From: an uncultured delta proteobacterium | Lineage (GTDB): Bacteria > Desulfobacterota > Binatia > Binatales > Binataceae | DNA length: 64,000 nt | Direction of reading: 5' to 3' | NCBI GenBank assembly: GCA_963808235.1 | Contig: CAWEEQ010000004.1 | Span: 3,104,001 to 3,168,000, forward strand | Shown: positions 43,335 through 54,848 of the stretch, piece by piece | Numbering within the stretch: position 1 is the stretch's first letter | Layout of the letters: each line of letters starts with the position of its first letter | The notes under the pieces: generated by a model | Told to the model about the DNA's origin: nothing | Database searches by the model: none | The model's input: the letters and a program-made list of their open reading frames with translations, nothing else | Position numbers and translations under genes: made by a program

Positions 43335-44204
43335 TCATCGGGCGCCTAGATGCGATCGGCCGATTGCCGCGAGCGCGAACAGTGCGGAGTCCATCGCGGC
43401 GTGCGCGATCATCGAGGCCTCGAGCCCGCGCCTCAGGTACAGGCGCCCGAATACGATTCCTTCCCACGTTTGTGGCATCAGCAATCCGGCGAGCAGAAGT
43501 CTCGGAGTAGAGTGAAACATCGATCCAGCCAGCGGGACCAGGTGAACCATCCCGAAGGCATAGGCTTGCAGGATAGTAGCGAACCAGAGTGCGCCGCGAC
43601 TGGACTCGCCGGACGAGTCGCGCGTAATCAATCGCGCGATCCATGTGAAGACGGCGAACAAGACCAGTCGAAACTGGATTTCCTCGCTGACCGCGGCGGG
43701 GATCGCGACCAAAGCGCCTGCGAACGCGATACGGCCTGGCGCGAGTTTCATCATCGGCGGGGTCGGCAGATTCAGGCCGCCACCATGCAGATGCATCATG
43801 AGAATCGGCACGATCACCAGGCCCAGAACTAACGCGCCCGATGCGCCGGCGAGCAACGCGTAGCCCATCGATATCCTGAGCAGGCTGCGGATGCCGAAGT
43901 GCAACCGCTCGCCCGCTATCTTTGCCGCGATCAGTGGAGCGCCGGGGAGTCCCAGCCGCGGATTGATTCGGATTGCAAACGGCACCATCGAGGTGAGTCC
44001 GATCGCGATCGCGAGAACCGGGAATGTGCGACTGACTTCCGCGCGAGTGATGAACTTGAACGCGAGCGCGAACGGGAACTCCAACGCCACGCCGACAATC
44101 GCAAGCACTATCAGCAGCGCGGACTCGCGCCGCCGTGTCGCGCGATCCGACGCCGTACTTTGCGGCATCGCGGCGGGCGCACCGCTGCTTGCGGCTTCGC
44201 TCAC
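43335..44204 (-). CDS. CPBP (CAAX/Abi) intramembrane metalloprotease
   Basis: SEEIQFR, FGMVH, GLEASMIAHAAMD. Confidence 0.85.
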   Translation of the reverse strand: MSEAASSGAPAAMPQSTASDRATRRRESALLIVLAIVGVALEFPFALAFKFITRAEVSRTFPVLAIAIGLTSMVPFAIRINPRLGLPGAPLIAAKIAGERLHFGIRSLLRISMGYALLAGASGALVLGLVIVPILMMHLHGGGLNLPTPPMMKLAPGRIAFAGALVAIPAAVSEEIQFRLVLFAVFTWIARLITRDSSGESSRGALWFATILQAYAFGMVHLVPLAGSMFHSTPRLLLAGLLMPQTWEGIVFGRLYLRRGLEASMIAHAAMDSALFALAAIGRSHLGAR

Positions 44205-45025
44205 TTGATCGGCGGGATGAATTCGGGCACGTCCTTCGAGGGCTTCATCTTCCAGGCCGGCTTTCGCTTCTCCATGAATGCGCTCACGCCTTCATATGCG
44301 TCCGGCTGCTTGCCCGCCCACACGAATGCCTTCGTATCGACCGCCTGCGCCTTTTCGGCTTCCGGCTCCGCGAGCAAGCCGTAGATCAGCCGCTTGGTGA
44401 TCGCGACTGATACCGGCGCGGTGTTCTGCGCGATATCGGTCGCCATCTCCCGCACCCGGGTCATGAACTCCGCATCGGGCCATACGTGGCTCACGATTCC
44501 GAACTCGAGCGCCTCGCGCGCGGTGATGATTCTGCCGGTCATCAGCAGTTCATTCGCCTTGGCGAGTCCGATCATCCGCGGCACGGTCCACAGACTGAGC
44601 GCTTCCGGAATAACTCCGCGCCGCACGAACACGAAACCGATTCGCGCGCTCTCGGCCGCGACCCGGATGTCCCATTGCATCGGCAGCGTGATTCCCATCC
44701 CAACCGCCGGCCCGTTGATCGCCGCGATGATCGGTTTGCGCACGTTCCACGGGCGTATCGCAGGTGCCGGCCGCTCCCGACGCTCAGCGCGCGCATCAGC
44801 GTCAAAAGTATTGCCACCGCTCGACAGATCCGCGCCTGCACTGAACGCGCGACCCGCGCCGGTGACGACGATCACGCGGACTTCATCATTGGCATCGAAG
44901 TCGGCGAAGCCCTGGTACAGTTCCGCCGCCATCGAACCTGAGAATGCGTTCAGCTTCTCGGGACGATTGAGCGTGATAGTCGCAACGCCGTCCTTGATTT
45001 CGGTAAGAATGTGCCCGCTCGCCAT
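44201..45025 (-). CDS. Enoyl-CoA hydratase/isomerase
   Basis: LNRPEKLNA, FSAGADL, KPIIAAINGPAVG. Confidence 0.93.
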   Translation of the reverse strand: MASGHILTEIKDGVATITLNRPEKLNAFSGSMAAELYQGFADFDANDEVRVIVVTGAGRAFSAGADLSSGGNTFDADARAERRERPAPAIRPWNVRKPIIAAINGPAVGMGITLPMQWDIRVAAESARIGFVFVRRGVIPEALSLWTVPRMIGLAKANELLMTGRIITAREALEFGIVSHVWPDAEFMTRVREMATDIAQNTAPVSVAITKRLIYGLLAEPEAEKAQAVDTKAFVWAGKQPDAYEGVSAFMEKRKPAWKMKPSKDVPEFIPPIK

Positions 45026-45113
45026 GATTGGATCCTCCGCGCGAATAAAACTTTCCTATGCGGTCGTTTATAACCCGACCCGCCACGTTCGTGAAAGTCG
45101 GCGACGCGAGCGT

Positions 45114-45596
45114 CTACTTGGTGAAATCGATTGGTTGGGGGCAGGCGTTGCCGCCGGCGTTGTAGTCGTAGACCATCCGGCCGCCGAGATCGGCGCCGGC
45201 GGCCATCGCAATCATGATCGCCAACAAGCCGGCGAGGAAAACGTAGCGGCCGCGGGTCGGCATCGGGCGCGCGGCAAGAGCCCATGCGGTCAGGACGCCG
45301 GTCGCTACGGACGCGGCAATCATCAGATGCTTGTGGTGCGCCAGCAGTTGATCGCGGACCGACTGCGATACCATCAGCCCGGCCGCCGCGTAGAGTCCGG
45401 TCGCGAGCGATACGGCTGCGCCGAGCGCTCCCAGAGCCAGCATCCAGAGGCCCGCCCATTGGAGCGACTCGCTGGCGCGAACCCATGCAAGGAAATAAAG
45501 AAGCGCCGCGCCGTAGATAAACGCGATTGGGAAATGTACGAACAGCGGATGCAGATTCTGCAGGTGCGATGCGCCCGGCAGAATGCGCTGGATCAC
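45114..45596 (-). CDS. DUF2231-like membrane protein
   Basis: HPLFVHFPIA, ATGL, H in TM3, GGRMVY. Confidence 0.8.
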   Translation of the reverse strand: MIQRILPGASHLQNLHPLFVHFPIAFIYGAALLYFLAWVRASESLQWAGLWMLALGALGAAVSLATGLYAAAGLMVSQSVRDQLLAHHKHLMIAASVATGVLTAWALAARPMPTRGRYVFLAGLLAIMIAMAAGADLGGRMVYDYNAGGNACPQPIDFTK

Positions 45597-45614
45597 AATA
45601 CTATCCGCGCGGCG

Positions 45615-45974
45615 CTACTTCACTGATTCGACGACCAGGTAATCGACGCCGTTCTTGCTGTATTCCTTGCCGGTGACCGTCACCTGATCTTCCATCCGCG
45701 AAATCACGGTATCGGGGAGCGGCGACGCGTCCTTGTTGGGCAGCAGGATATAGGACTTCGCGGTGCCGCTTTCGATGAGCGTCACCGGAATTCCCTTCGA
45801 CGCGCACTTTATCGCGCACGCTTTATGTCCGGCGCCCTTCGCGCCCATCGTGCCGTAGCAGTAAGTATCTTCGAGATTGCCGGTGACCGACTTCGTCGCA
45901 TCGGCGGCGATGCTCACGCCGGTCATGCTGGTCGCGAGCACGAGTGCGAGCCCAAGATTCGCAAGCCGATTCAT
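45615..45974 (-). CDS. Secreted Cys/His-motif hypothetical protein
   Basis: Signal peptide; DTYCY...HKACAIKC; GGAGG RBS. Confidence 0.8.
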   Translation of the reverse strand: MNRLANLGLALVLATSMTGVSIAADATKSVTGNLEDTYCYGTMGAKGAGHKACAIKCASKGIPVTLIESGTAKSYILLPNKDASPLPDTVISRMEDQVTVTGKEYSKNGVDYLVVESVK

Positions 45975-45994
45975 CGCTCACCTCCCGGCGAACG

Positions 45995-46192
45995 TCAGTG
46001 CGACGCCGCATGCAACATGCAATGTGCTCCCATCGTATGGCTGCCGCCGGAGCAACACGATGCGCTCGGGCAGCATCCCTGCTTTTTCAGGCAGCACTCG
46101 GGCGTATCCGAGGTGCGCGTGCCGGTCGCGGTCATTCCTAACGGCGCAATCATCACGGTTGCGAGCAGGGCCAGGAACGCAAATTTTTTCAC
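45995..46192 (-). CDS. Secreted Cys-rich peptide, 65 aa
   Basis: AGGAG RBS before GTG 46192; MKKFAFLALLA signal; CC-x5-CC-x4-CC and His/Met tail. Confidence 0.72.
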   Translation of the reverse strand: MKKFAFLALLATVMIAPLGMTATGTRTSDTPECCLKKQGCCPSASCCSGGSHTMGAHCMLHAASH

Positions 46193-46215
46193 GATGAAAC
46201 TCTCCTGATGCAGAG

Positions 46216-47198
46216 TTAGCGGCGATACGAACGCGCTTCGACCGCCGAGTTGACGTCGCTTCCAGTGAGTAGTTCGCGCCATCCCTTGCGTCGGCGAGCA
46301 CCGGGCAATCGCGCGCCCATTCGATTCAGATGAAACTCGAGAATCTGCTTGAGTTCTTCGTTGAGACGTTCGATCTCGATTTCCTCGGGCATCTTGGGCC
46401 GCGGCTGTCCCTCGGTGATTCCGCCGCGGCGGCGCCCGTAGAGTTGCTGCAAGCGCAACTCCGCCTTCGCGATCATCGCCTTGTACTTGTAATCGAGGCG
46501 GCTGAGCGCGTCGGTCATTTCGGCCAGCGCCACGAACCTGCGCCGCATTCGCCACCATTCAAACAGCGTCACCACCATCACGCCGAACATGATGATCGCG
46601 AGGACGCCGAGGCTAATCGCAGTCGCGCGCCACCATGGCAGCAGCCTGGCCTCCAGTTGCGATTCCTGGTTGTCGCCGGTCAGTTCCTGCACCTGCGCCT
46701 GCAGCGATTTGATTTTTTCTTCCGCCGAGTCGGCCTTTTGCTGCGCGGCTTGTCCCTGCGCGCTCAGCGTCTCGACCTGAGATTTCAGCGTCTCGACTTC
46801 GCTGGTGAACGGATGCGGAACTTTCAGCACCTCGTCGACCATCAACTCGTCATCGGGATGCATCCGGTTGGCGTGCGCTAGTTCGTCGGGCGTGACGCCG
46901 AACATCTGCGCGATGGAACCGAGAGTGTCTCCGGGCCGTATCGTGTACGGAATGACATTGGCGGGATGACTCGGCTTGACGACCGGCGCCGACGACTCAT
47001 CTTGCGCCGTCTGATCTCTTCGCGAGCTTCAGACGGTGCCTCGGCGCCTGGAGCACGGATAATTCTCGAGGGCGGCGCGGACGGGGGGATGGTACGTTCG
47101 TTGAAGTCGGCTTGAGCGAACGCAAGTCCGCAGCCGGCAACTATAAGGGCCACCGCGAGGGCCAGTCTGGATGACCTTAAGCCGCGTCGCGCGTTCAC
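46216..47198 (-). CDS. LysM, coiled-coil and TM protein; frameshifted near 46960-47015
   Basis: PYTIRPGDTLGSIAQMFGVTPDELAHAN LysM motif; signal peptide in the 46878..47279 frame. Confidence 0.78.
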
Positions 47199-47344
47199 AA
47201 TGGGCGTCCTTTTGCCAGCGAGCCAGACACTAGTATCTATCAGAACCGAATTAGGGTCTAGGAGGCGGGTAAAAAGCAATTCTAATAGCGGCTCCCTGGT
47301 CTGCGATCTGGTCGGATGTAGTGCCGCGTGCCGCTGGAATCAAG

Positions 47345-47492
47345 AACCTAACCCCTACCTCTTCCTCAGGAAGGGGAAAATATTTAAGATCTCGGAGGGG
47401 AAATTTCTAATTTGTGACCCTCACCCGCCGCTCGTTTTTTCACTAAGTCGCTACGCGATGAGCGTCGGCCTCTCCCTGTCAGGGAGAGGCTA
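47345..47492 (-). repeat. Reverse-oriented copies of intergenic palindromic repeats
   Basis: 47418-47492 is reverse complementary to the start of the 38078 repeat; AACCTAACCCC..GGAAGGGG at 47345. Confidence 0.8.
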
Positions 47493-48465
47493 TTAGGGGT
47501 GCAGCGCTGCGTACGCGGCGCCGACCACTCCGCCGTGGGCTCCCAGAGCGGCGCGGACGATTTTCACCTGTGCCGAGATCGCGCTGAAGGCGCGCTCGCG
47601 GACCTGGGCAAGCATCGTTTTGCGCATGTAGGGCAGCGCGCCGGCGACTCCGCCGCCGATCACGACCAACTCGGGATTGAAGATGTTGAGGAACGACGCG
47701 ATTGCGATTCCGAGGTAGTGGCCTGCGATCGCGAACGTCTCGAGCGCGATGCGATCGCCGCGCGCGCGCCTGCGCGGACAGCGCCGCGCACTGAGAAATT
47801 TCCTTCTTCGTCGAGGACTGTGGCGGGCAACTGCGCGCCTGCCCGCAATCCCAGCCGATCGCGCGAAGCAGGCCGCGCAGGCCGGACGCCGACGCATACG
47901 CTTCGAGGCATCCGCGCGCGCCGCAATCGCATGGCGGACCGTCGGGCTCGACGGTCACGTGTCCGAGTTCGCCGGCCATGCCGCTGCGTCCGTGAACGAA
48001 TTTGCCATCGACGATAATTCCGCCGCCGACTCCGGTGCCGAGCGTGAGCAGCACCACGTCGCGATGTCCGCGCGCGGCGCCGCGCCAGAACTCGCCGAGC
48101 GCCCACGCGTTGGCGTCGTTCTCGAGCACGATCGAGCGCCCGATCAGCGTTTCGAGCTTGCGCCTGAGCGGATATCCGCGCCATGCCGCGACGTGCGGCG
48201 CCGCCATCACGACTCCGCGAGTGCACGTCGAGCGGACCGGGCACCGCGACTCCGATCGCGCGCGGCGAGCCGAGTCCGCGCTCGCGCGCGCGTATCGAGC
48301 AGATGAAGAAGCTGAGTCGCGATATTTTCGGCGACGTCGCCGGCCTGGCGCGACGCGTGCGACGGCGCCGCGCTCCATCAGGATGACCTCGCCGGTCGCG
48401 GATACGGCCGCGCATCGGATATTGGTGCCACCCATATCCAGGCCGACCGCCCACGCCCGCTTCAT
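47493..48465 (-). CDS. ROK family sugar kinase (glucokinase), multiple frameshifts
   Basis: GLDMGGTN, LENDANA, LTLGTGVGGG, GELGH, CDCGARGCLEAYAS, NIFNPELVVIGGG. Confidence 0.9.
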
Positions 48466-49253
48466 CGCCCGGAAGTCGCCCGGGAATTTCATCAACGCGA
48501 GATACTCGCGATTTCCGGCCGCGCCTTCGATCGGCGATTCGAGCGTGCCGACGACCGTCAAGTCCGATCTTCTCCGCGAACTCGACGATCCCCGCGACCG
48601 CTTCGCGCCGCAGCTTTTCGTCCTTGACCACGCCGCCCTTGCCGACCTTGCCCTTGCCGACTTCGAACTGCGGCTTGATAAGCGCGACTATCTCCGCGCG
48701 CGGGGCGAGCAGCGCGAGCACCGCGGGGATCACCAGCCGAAGCGAGATAAAGCTGGTATCGATCGTCACGAGCTCGGGCTCGTAGGGCAAGTCGCTCGGC
48801 GAGGCGAGGCGGATATTCATGCGATCGAGCACGGTGACGCGCGGATCCTCGCGCAGCTTCAGCACCAGCTGCCCGTAGCCGACGTCCATCGCGATGACGC
48901 CTTTTGCGCCGCGGCGCAGCAGCACGTCGGTGAAGCCGCCGGTCGATGCGCCCACGTCCATCGCGAGCTTGCCTTCGACCGAGAGTCCGAAGTGCTCGAG
49001 CGCGGCGATCAGCTTGTACGCCCCGCGCGAGGCGAACTGCGGCGCACCCGCCATCAGCGCGATGTCGCGTCTCGGAATCGACCTTGAGATCGGCCTTGTA
49101 CGCCGGGCGCGAATCGACGCGCACGCGCCCCGCCATTATGAGGCGCTGCGCAATCTCGCGGCTGTCGGCAAGGCCGCGCCGCGCCATCTCGGCGTCGAGC
49201 CGAAATCGCGCCAGAGGCGCCGATGCGCGCCGCGGCCGTTGAGCCGGAACCAT
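48462..49253 (-). CDS. tlyA: TlyA family rRNA methyltransferase, multiple frameshifts
   Basis: S4 domain RLD..RGLADSR, SRGAYKL, DVGASTGGFTD, SFISL, IKPQFE, SPIEG..GNREYL. Confidence 0.92.
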
Positions 49254-49301
49254 TCCTAGAAGGGTGTTTCGTCGTCGTCCTTTGCGCCGGCGGGTTGTTC
49301 G

Positions 49302-49532
49302 TCAGCTCTCTTCGAAAGGCGCCGTGCGCAGTTCGCCGCCGGCGCTCCGCGTTAGCAATTCGACCTTGCGCTCGACTTCGTCGAGTTTCTGATTGAGCGC
49401 CTTGACCAGCATGACGCCGCGCTCGAAGGCGCTGATGGATTCTTCGAGGGTCAATTCGCCGGAATCGATTTGGCTCACGATCGTTTCGAGGTCCTTTAAT
49501 TCGTCTTCGAACTTTTTTGTTTTGGTGGTCAT
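49302..49532 (-). CDS. xseB: Exodeoxyribonuclease VII small subunit
   Basis: FEDELKDLETIV..GELTLEESISAFERG. Confidence 0.93.
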   Translation of the reverse strand: MTTKTKKFEDELKDLETIVSQIDSGELTLEESISAFERGVMLVKALNQKLDEVERKVELLTRSAGGELRTAPFEES

Positions 49533-49535
49533 GAT

Positions 49536-50893
49536 TCAGACAGTGCGGGCCGGTAGCGCGCGCGGTCAGCCGCCCTTTCGCGAGGCGAATATCGAGTTCC
49601 TCGCCAACGTTTACCGATGCCGCGTCGAGCACCGCGCGCGAATCGCGCAAGTTAGTAACCACTGCGTAGCCGCGATCGAGAACTTTCAGCGGCGAGAGCG
49701 CATCGAGTCTGCCCGCGAGCGCGCCGACCTGTCGGCGGCGCTTTTCAGAGCTGACGACACTCCCCCTGCGCGATATTGATGTCGAGTCTGGCGATGCGGA
49801 GCCGCATGTCTCGCACCGTCGCATCAGGACTGCGAAGCCTCAAGCGCAACTCGCGGATACAGCGGCGGCAATCGTCGATTCGCGATTCGATTGCGGCGCC
49901 GAGTTCCGCGCGAGTGCTCTCGACGCGCTCGCGCGCATCGGCGATCACGCTCGCCGGGATGCCGTATTCTTTCGCCGAGATCGTCGACCGTTTCGCGCAT
50001 CCCCGCGAGTTCACGCTCCATCGCGTTCACCAGCGCCGCCGCATTCGAGGCGACCCGCTCTTTCAGCTCCGCCATGCTCGGAACGACCATCTGCGCGGCG
50101 GCGGTGGGAGTGGGCGCGCGCATATCGGCGACAAAATCCGCAATGGTGTAATCGATCTCGTGGCCGACCGCGGAGATCACCGCGATCGACGAGCGGAAAA
50201 TCGCGCGCGCGACAACCTCTTCGTTGAACGCCCACAAATCTTCGAGCGAACCGCCGCCGCGGCCGACGATCAGCACCTCGGCGCGTCCGTCGCGATTCAG
50301 ATCCGCGATCGCTGGCGCGATCTCATTCGCCGCACCGTCGCCCTGCACTTTCGCCGGCCGGAAAATTACCCGCACATTGGGAAACCGATCGAACAGGATG
50401 CGCAGCATGTCGCGCAGGCCTGCTCCGCCACGCGCGGTTACGATTCCAATCGTCCGCGGCAGAACGGAATCGCGCGCTTGCGCGCCCGATCGAACAAGCC
50501 TTCCGCCTCGAGGCGGCTCTTGAGCTGTTCGAAAGCGACCTGAAGAGCGCCGGCTCCGCGCGGCTCCATTTCCTCCGCGTAGAGTTGCAGCGCGCCGCGT
50601 TGCTCGAATACTTTGACCCGTCCGCGGACGATTACTTCCATCCCGTCGGTCACTTTGAACCGCATCCGGTTGAACGCCGACTTGAACATCACGACGTTGA
50701 TCGCACTGCGCTCATCTTTGAGCGTGAAATAGAAATGATTCGACGGCGCCAGGCGTGCGTTGGAGACTTCGCCGACCACCCAGCACTCAGGCAGGTTGGT
50801 CTCGAGGGTATCGCGAACCATCCGCACCAGGTCCGATACGCTGATGAGGCCGCTCCGATGGCCTCGGAGCGAGAGGTCGAGCTGCCCGTCCAT
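49536..50893 (-). CDS. xseA: Exodeoxyribonuclease VII large subunit, multiple frameshifts
   Basis: WVVGEVSN, HFYFTLKD, RGGGSLEDLWAFNEE, AVGHEIDYTIADFVAD.RAPTPTAAA, LSPLKVLDRGYA. Confidence 0.93.
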
Positions 50894-50939
50894 CGCCAAA
50901 GCTTAGCAGAACGCGTCGGAAAGCTCCTATGCGCAGCGT

Positions 50940-51584
50940 CTAGGATAAGATGCGTCGACGATTGACTTGGCGAGCGGCTCGCGATGGCGCATCCGGCCAA
51001 GGTAGGTGCGCTCATGAGTCGATTCAGAGTGGCCTCGTTGCATCCGCGGCGGGTGACGGGACCGGTTCGAAATCGCAAAAAATATAGCCCGCAATTGTCG
51101 AGCCCGCGGCTCTGCAGCGTGTTATCGTCGAGCGTCGTGGCGTCGACGCATCCGGCGCGGTTACCGACCACGATGATAACTTCGAGTCCGAGCATCGACG
51201 CGAGATCGGCGAAGTCGGTGTTCCCGCTGATGGGCGTGGCGATTCTGCCGGCGGTTTCGAGCAGCATAACGTCGCTCTCCGCGGCGATATCGCGAAAGCA
51301 TCGCGCGATATTCGTCGAGATCGGTGGCGGCGGCGGCGCCATCCGCGAGCGGTAACGATACGGGCAAATCAAGTCGATCTCAGCGACGATGATGCTGCAA
51401 GCGCCAGCGCACGCGCGTCGGCTGAATCCAGCTTGCCTTCGACCTCGACGCATCCCGTGTCGATTGGCTTCATCACGCCGACCCGCATCCCGCGCGCCCG
51501 CATCGCAAACCCGAGCGCGCATCCGACGGTGGTCTTGCCCACGCCTTTGTCAGTGCCGGTGATAAGGAAACGTCGACCATTCAA
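50940..51584 (-). CDS. bioD: Dethiobiotin synthase, multiple frameshifts
   Basis: FLITGTDKGVGKT, VMKPIDTG, ICPYRY, LLETAG. Confidence 0.82.
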
Positions 51585-51696
51585 TCGACAGTTGCGACTC
51601 TAATTCGCAGCGAGCACATGATTTCGCGAAGCGACGATGATTTCCGAAGCGATAAAGATATCATCGAGAATTCTCATCGCGGGAGCGAATCCGGAA

Positions 51697-52223
51697 TGAG
51701 CCAACCCAAGCTCAACATCACCGAAAAATGGGAACGCGCGCGCATTCGCCACAGCCATCGGCATCCGCCAGTCAAGAACATCAATCGAGATTCAAGCCGA
51801 GGAAATGACCACCGGCCAGCGAATCGCCGACGGCTCGCGGCGGTGATGGGCAGTTGGCCGTTCATCATTGTGCAATCATTCATACTTGCGATCTGGATCG
51901 GCTGAACGTCGTCGCATAGGATCAATCACTGGGATCCCTATCCGTTCATCCTGCTCAACCTGGCGCTGAGTTTTCAGGCGGCCTATGCGGCGCCGATCAT
52001 CATGATGTCGCAGAATCGGCAGGCCGCGAAGGATCGCCTGATGGCCGAGCAGGACTACGTCGTGAACATCAAGGCCGAGGAAGAGGTGAAATCGATCATG
52101 GCTCATCTCGAGCAGCAGGACGAAGTGATGATCGACATCCTGCGCCGAATCGAGTCGCAGCATCAGGTGATCATGACCAAGCTGGAAGTTCCCCAGCCGG
52201 ACGGAACTGCCCGCGCCCGGTGA
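51697..52223 (+). CDS. DUF1003 membrane protein, frameshifted
   Basis: MGSWPFII, WDPYPFILLNL, AAPIIMMSQNRQ. Confidence 0.85.
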
Positions 52224-52235
52224 TCTGAATCCTCG

Positions 52236-52275
52236 AAAAAGAAAGCGCCGGACATCTCGCTGATGCCCGGCGCTT
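52236..52275 (-). terminator. Intrinsic terminator between convergent genes
   Basis: AAGCGCCGGACATC/GATGCCCGGCGCTT stem followed by a U-rich tract on the minus strand. Confidence 0.75.
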
Positions 52276-52297
52276 CGATCGCAATCTGTAACGTTGC

Positions 52298-53746
52298 TTA
52301 GTCGCCTTTCGACTTGACGTCTTGCTCTGCGACAACGGCCTGCATCGATTCGCCCTTCGCGAGCTGGACCTTGTATGTGCTCCAGTGCTTCAGGATGTTG
52401 ATCGCGCGATCGAGCTGCACATCTTTCTCTTCTTTCGGCTTGCCGCCCTTGGCGCCGGGGCCCTTGTCGCCCTTATCGTTGCCGGGCGCTGGTACCGTGC
52501 TCACGCCGGTCGAATATCGGTATCTTTGGCCTTTTCCTTCTTGCCCATTCTGGAAGTGATGCGGCAGGTCGGCCTCGTGGATTTCCGGGTTCTCGTTGAT
52601 CTCGGCGCCCTGTAGCTTGAGCGAGGCGAGCGTTTCCTTGGGCGGCTCGACATCGACGTCGGGGGTGATTCCGACTGCCTGGATCGAGCGGCCGGTCGGC
52701 GTGTAGTAGCGCGCCGTGGTCAGCCTAGCGCCGAATGATCGTCGAGCGGCAGAATCGTCTGCACCGAGCCTTTGCCGAAGGTCTGGGTGCCGAGGATCAC
52801 TGCGCGCTTCTGGTCCTGCAACGCGCCGGCGACGATTTCACTCGCGCTCGCGCTGCCGCCATTCACCAGCACCACCATCGGGTACTCCGAGAAATCTTTT
52901 TTCTTGTGCGAGAAATACTTCTGCTGCTGATTTTCCTGCGCGGCCCTGCGTATAGACGATAAGTCCGCCGTCCAGGAAATCGTCCGAGACTTTCACCGCC
53001 TGGTTCAGCAGCCCACCCGGATTGTCACGCAGGTCGAACACGATTCCCTTGACCTTGCCGTGATCCTTCGCTTCGAATTCGTCGATCGCTTTCTCGACGC
53101 CGTCGCCGGTGTTCTCCTGGAAAGTCGTGACGCGGATATAGCCGTAGCCGCCGTCGAGCATCTTCGACTTCACCGACTGGATCTTGATCACGTCGCGCGC
53201 GAGCGTAACCGTGAACAGCTCGGGTACTCCGTTGCGATGCAGCGTCAGCTTGATCTTGCTGCCCTTGGGCCCGCGCATCCGCTTGACCGCTTCGGTCAGC
53301 GACATGTCCTTGGTGAAGTCGTCATCGATCTTGATGATCTGATCGCCGGCCTTGAGTCCGCCGCGAAACGCCGGCGTATCTTCGATCGGCGCGACGACAG
53401 TGAGCGCGCCGTTCTTAATAGTTATCTCGATTCCAAGTCCGCCAAAGCTGCCCCGCGTCTCGACCTCGAGATCGCGATACAAGTCTGGAGTCAGATACGC
53501 GCTATGCGGATCGAGCGACGCCAGCATCCCGGTTATCGCACCGTCGATCAGCCGCTTCGTCGACACCGGCTCGACGTAGTTCTTCTGCACGATCGCAAGC
53601 ACGCTCGCGAAGGTATCGAGCTCCTGGTAGGTGTCGTTCGGAAGTGCCTGCGCCCGGCGAACTGCAACTTCCTGTAACGCCAGGAACGAAGTGGTTAGAC
53701 AAATCGCTAAGGTGATGGACCATCGATGTCGTTTAATCATTGACAT
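52298..53746 (-). CDS. ctpA: S41 carboxyl-terminal processing protease, frameshifts near 52935 and 52735
   Basis: [60 protein letters not shown]. Confidence 0.92.
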
Positions 53747-53876
53747 TACTACTATCGCCGCGATCTCGAGATTATGAGTTTATACATTTAAGCAGATGGA
53801 GCCGCGTGATGCATACGGCTGCGACTGCCGCCCTTGCCAAATTTCAGCCGCCCGTTCCTGCCCCGCCCGCTTTTGT

Positions 53877-53996
53877 CCCGCTTTCGAATCTAACAACTGC
53901 TGAAGCGCGTTCTTCACGCCCGGTCGTGACCAATCCAACGCGCCGATATGATGAGCCGCGATTTGGCCCTTGCCGTTTATTATAGGTGTCTCCGGG
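53877..53996 (-). pseudogene. Diverged duplicate of the tlpA 3' end
   Basis: 102/120 identity by hand alignment to 54838-54957. Confidence 0.85.
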
Positions 53997-54101
53997 CCAT
54001 GTCGCGAGAGCCGCTCTGTGAGCCCATATCGACGCGATCTATGGTTCTGCCGGGGTGACATTTGGCAAACAGCGACGCGCTCGGATAGCATCGCCGGGCA
54101 G

Positions 54102-54848
54102 ATGAGCTTCTCGGAACTGCTGATCAGGCCCTCGATTATCGCGGCCATTCTCGAAAGGCGCAGACTTCGGGCGGCCTTCAGGGAAGTTTACCGTAAATTC
54201 CGCCCCTACACGATGATTCACGAGGACCGGTACGTGGAAAACCTCGGACTCTGCGCCAAATTCGGGGCTACGCCCGGCTGCGTAGTGGAGTGCGGAGTGT
54301 GGCGCGGGGGAATGATCGCAGGGATGGTTGCGGTGCTCGGCGCCGGGCGGCAGTACTTTCTGTTCGACAGCTTCGAGGGATTGCCACCCGCAAGCGAAGA
54401 GCTGGACGGCGCGTCGGCGATCGCATGGCAAAGCAACACCAGGTCGGCGGCCTACTACAACAACCTCACCGCCGCGGAGGAAGAAGCCGCGGCAGCGATG
54501 AAGCTTTCCGGCGCGACTTCGTTCTCGATAGTAAAGGGCTGGTTCAATGAAACGATTCCGCGTTTTGCACCTCCATCCGAGATCGCGGTTCTGCGACTCG
54601 ATGGCGATTGGTACGAATCGACCCGGGTCTGCCTGGAAAATCTTTATCCTCACCTTGCGCCGGGCGGAATAATAATTATCGACGACTATTACGACTGGAA
54701 CGGGTGTGCACGGGCCGTCAATGAATTCCTTTCAGGTCTCGCGTCGCCGAATGTTGTTCCGAGGCTCAGCCAGTTCCACGACCGGATCGCCTACCTGGTC
54801 AAACCCGGTCTGGCGCGGTCCCTGATGAACGGTCTATCCAGCTTTTGA
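54102..54848 (+). CDS. TylF/MycF/NovP family O-methyltransferase
   Basis: YTMI, VVECGVWRGG, LFDSFEGLP, KGWFNET, LRLDGDWYEST, IIDDY. Confidence 0.92.
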   Translation: MSFSELLIRPSIIAAILERRRLRAAFREVYRKFRPYTMIHEDRYVENLGLCAKFGATPGCVVECGVWRGGMIAGMVAVLGAGRQYFLFDSFEGLPPASEELDGASAIAWQSNTRSAAYYNNLTAAEEEAAAAMKLSGATSFSIVKGWFNETIPRFAPPSEIAVLRLDGDWYESTRVCLENLYPHLAPGGIIIIDDYYDWNGCARAVNEFLSGLASPNVVPRLSQFHDRIAYLVKPGLARSLMNGLSSF

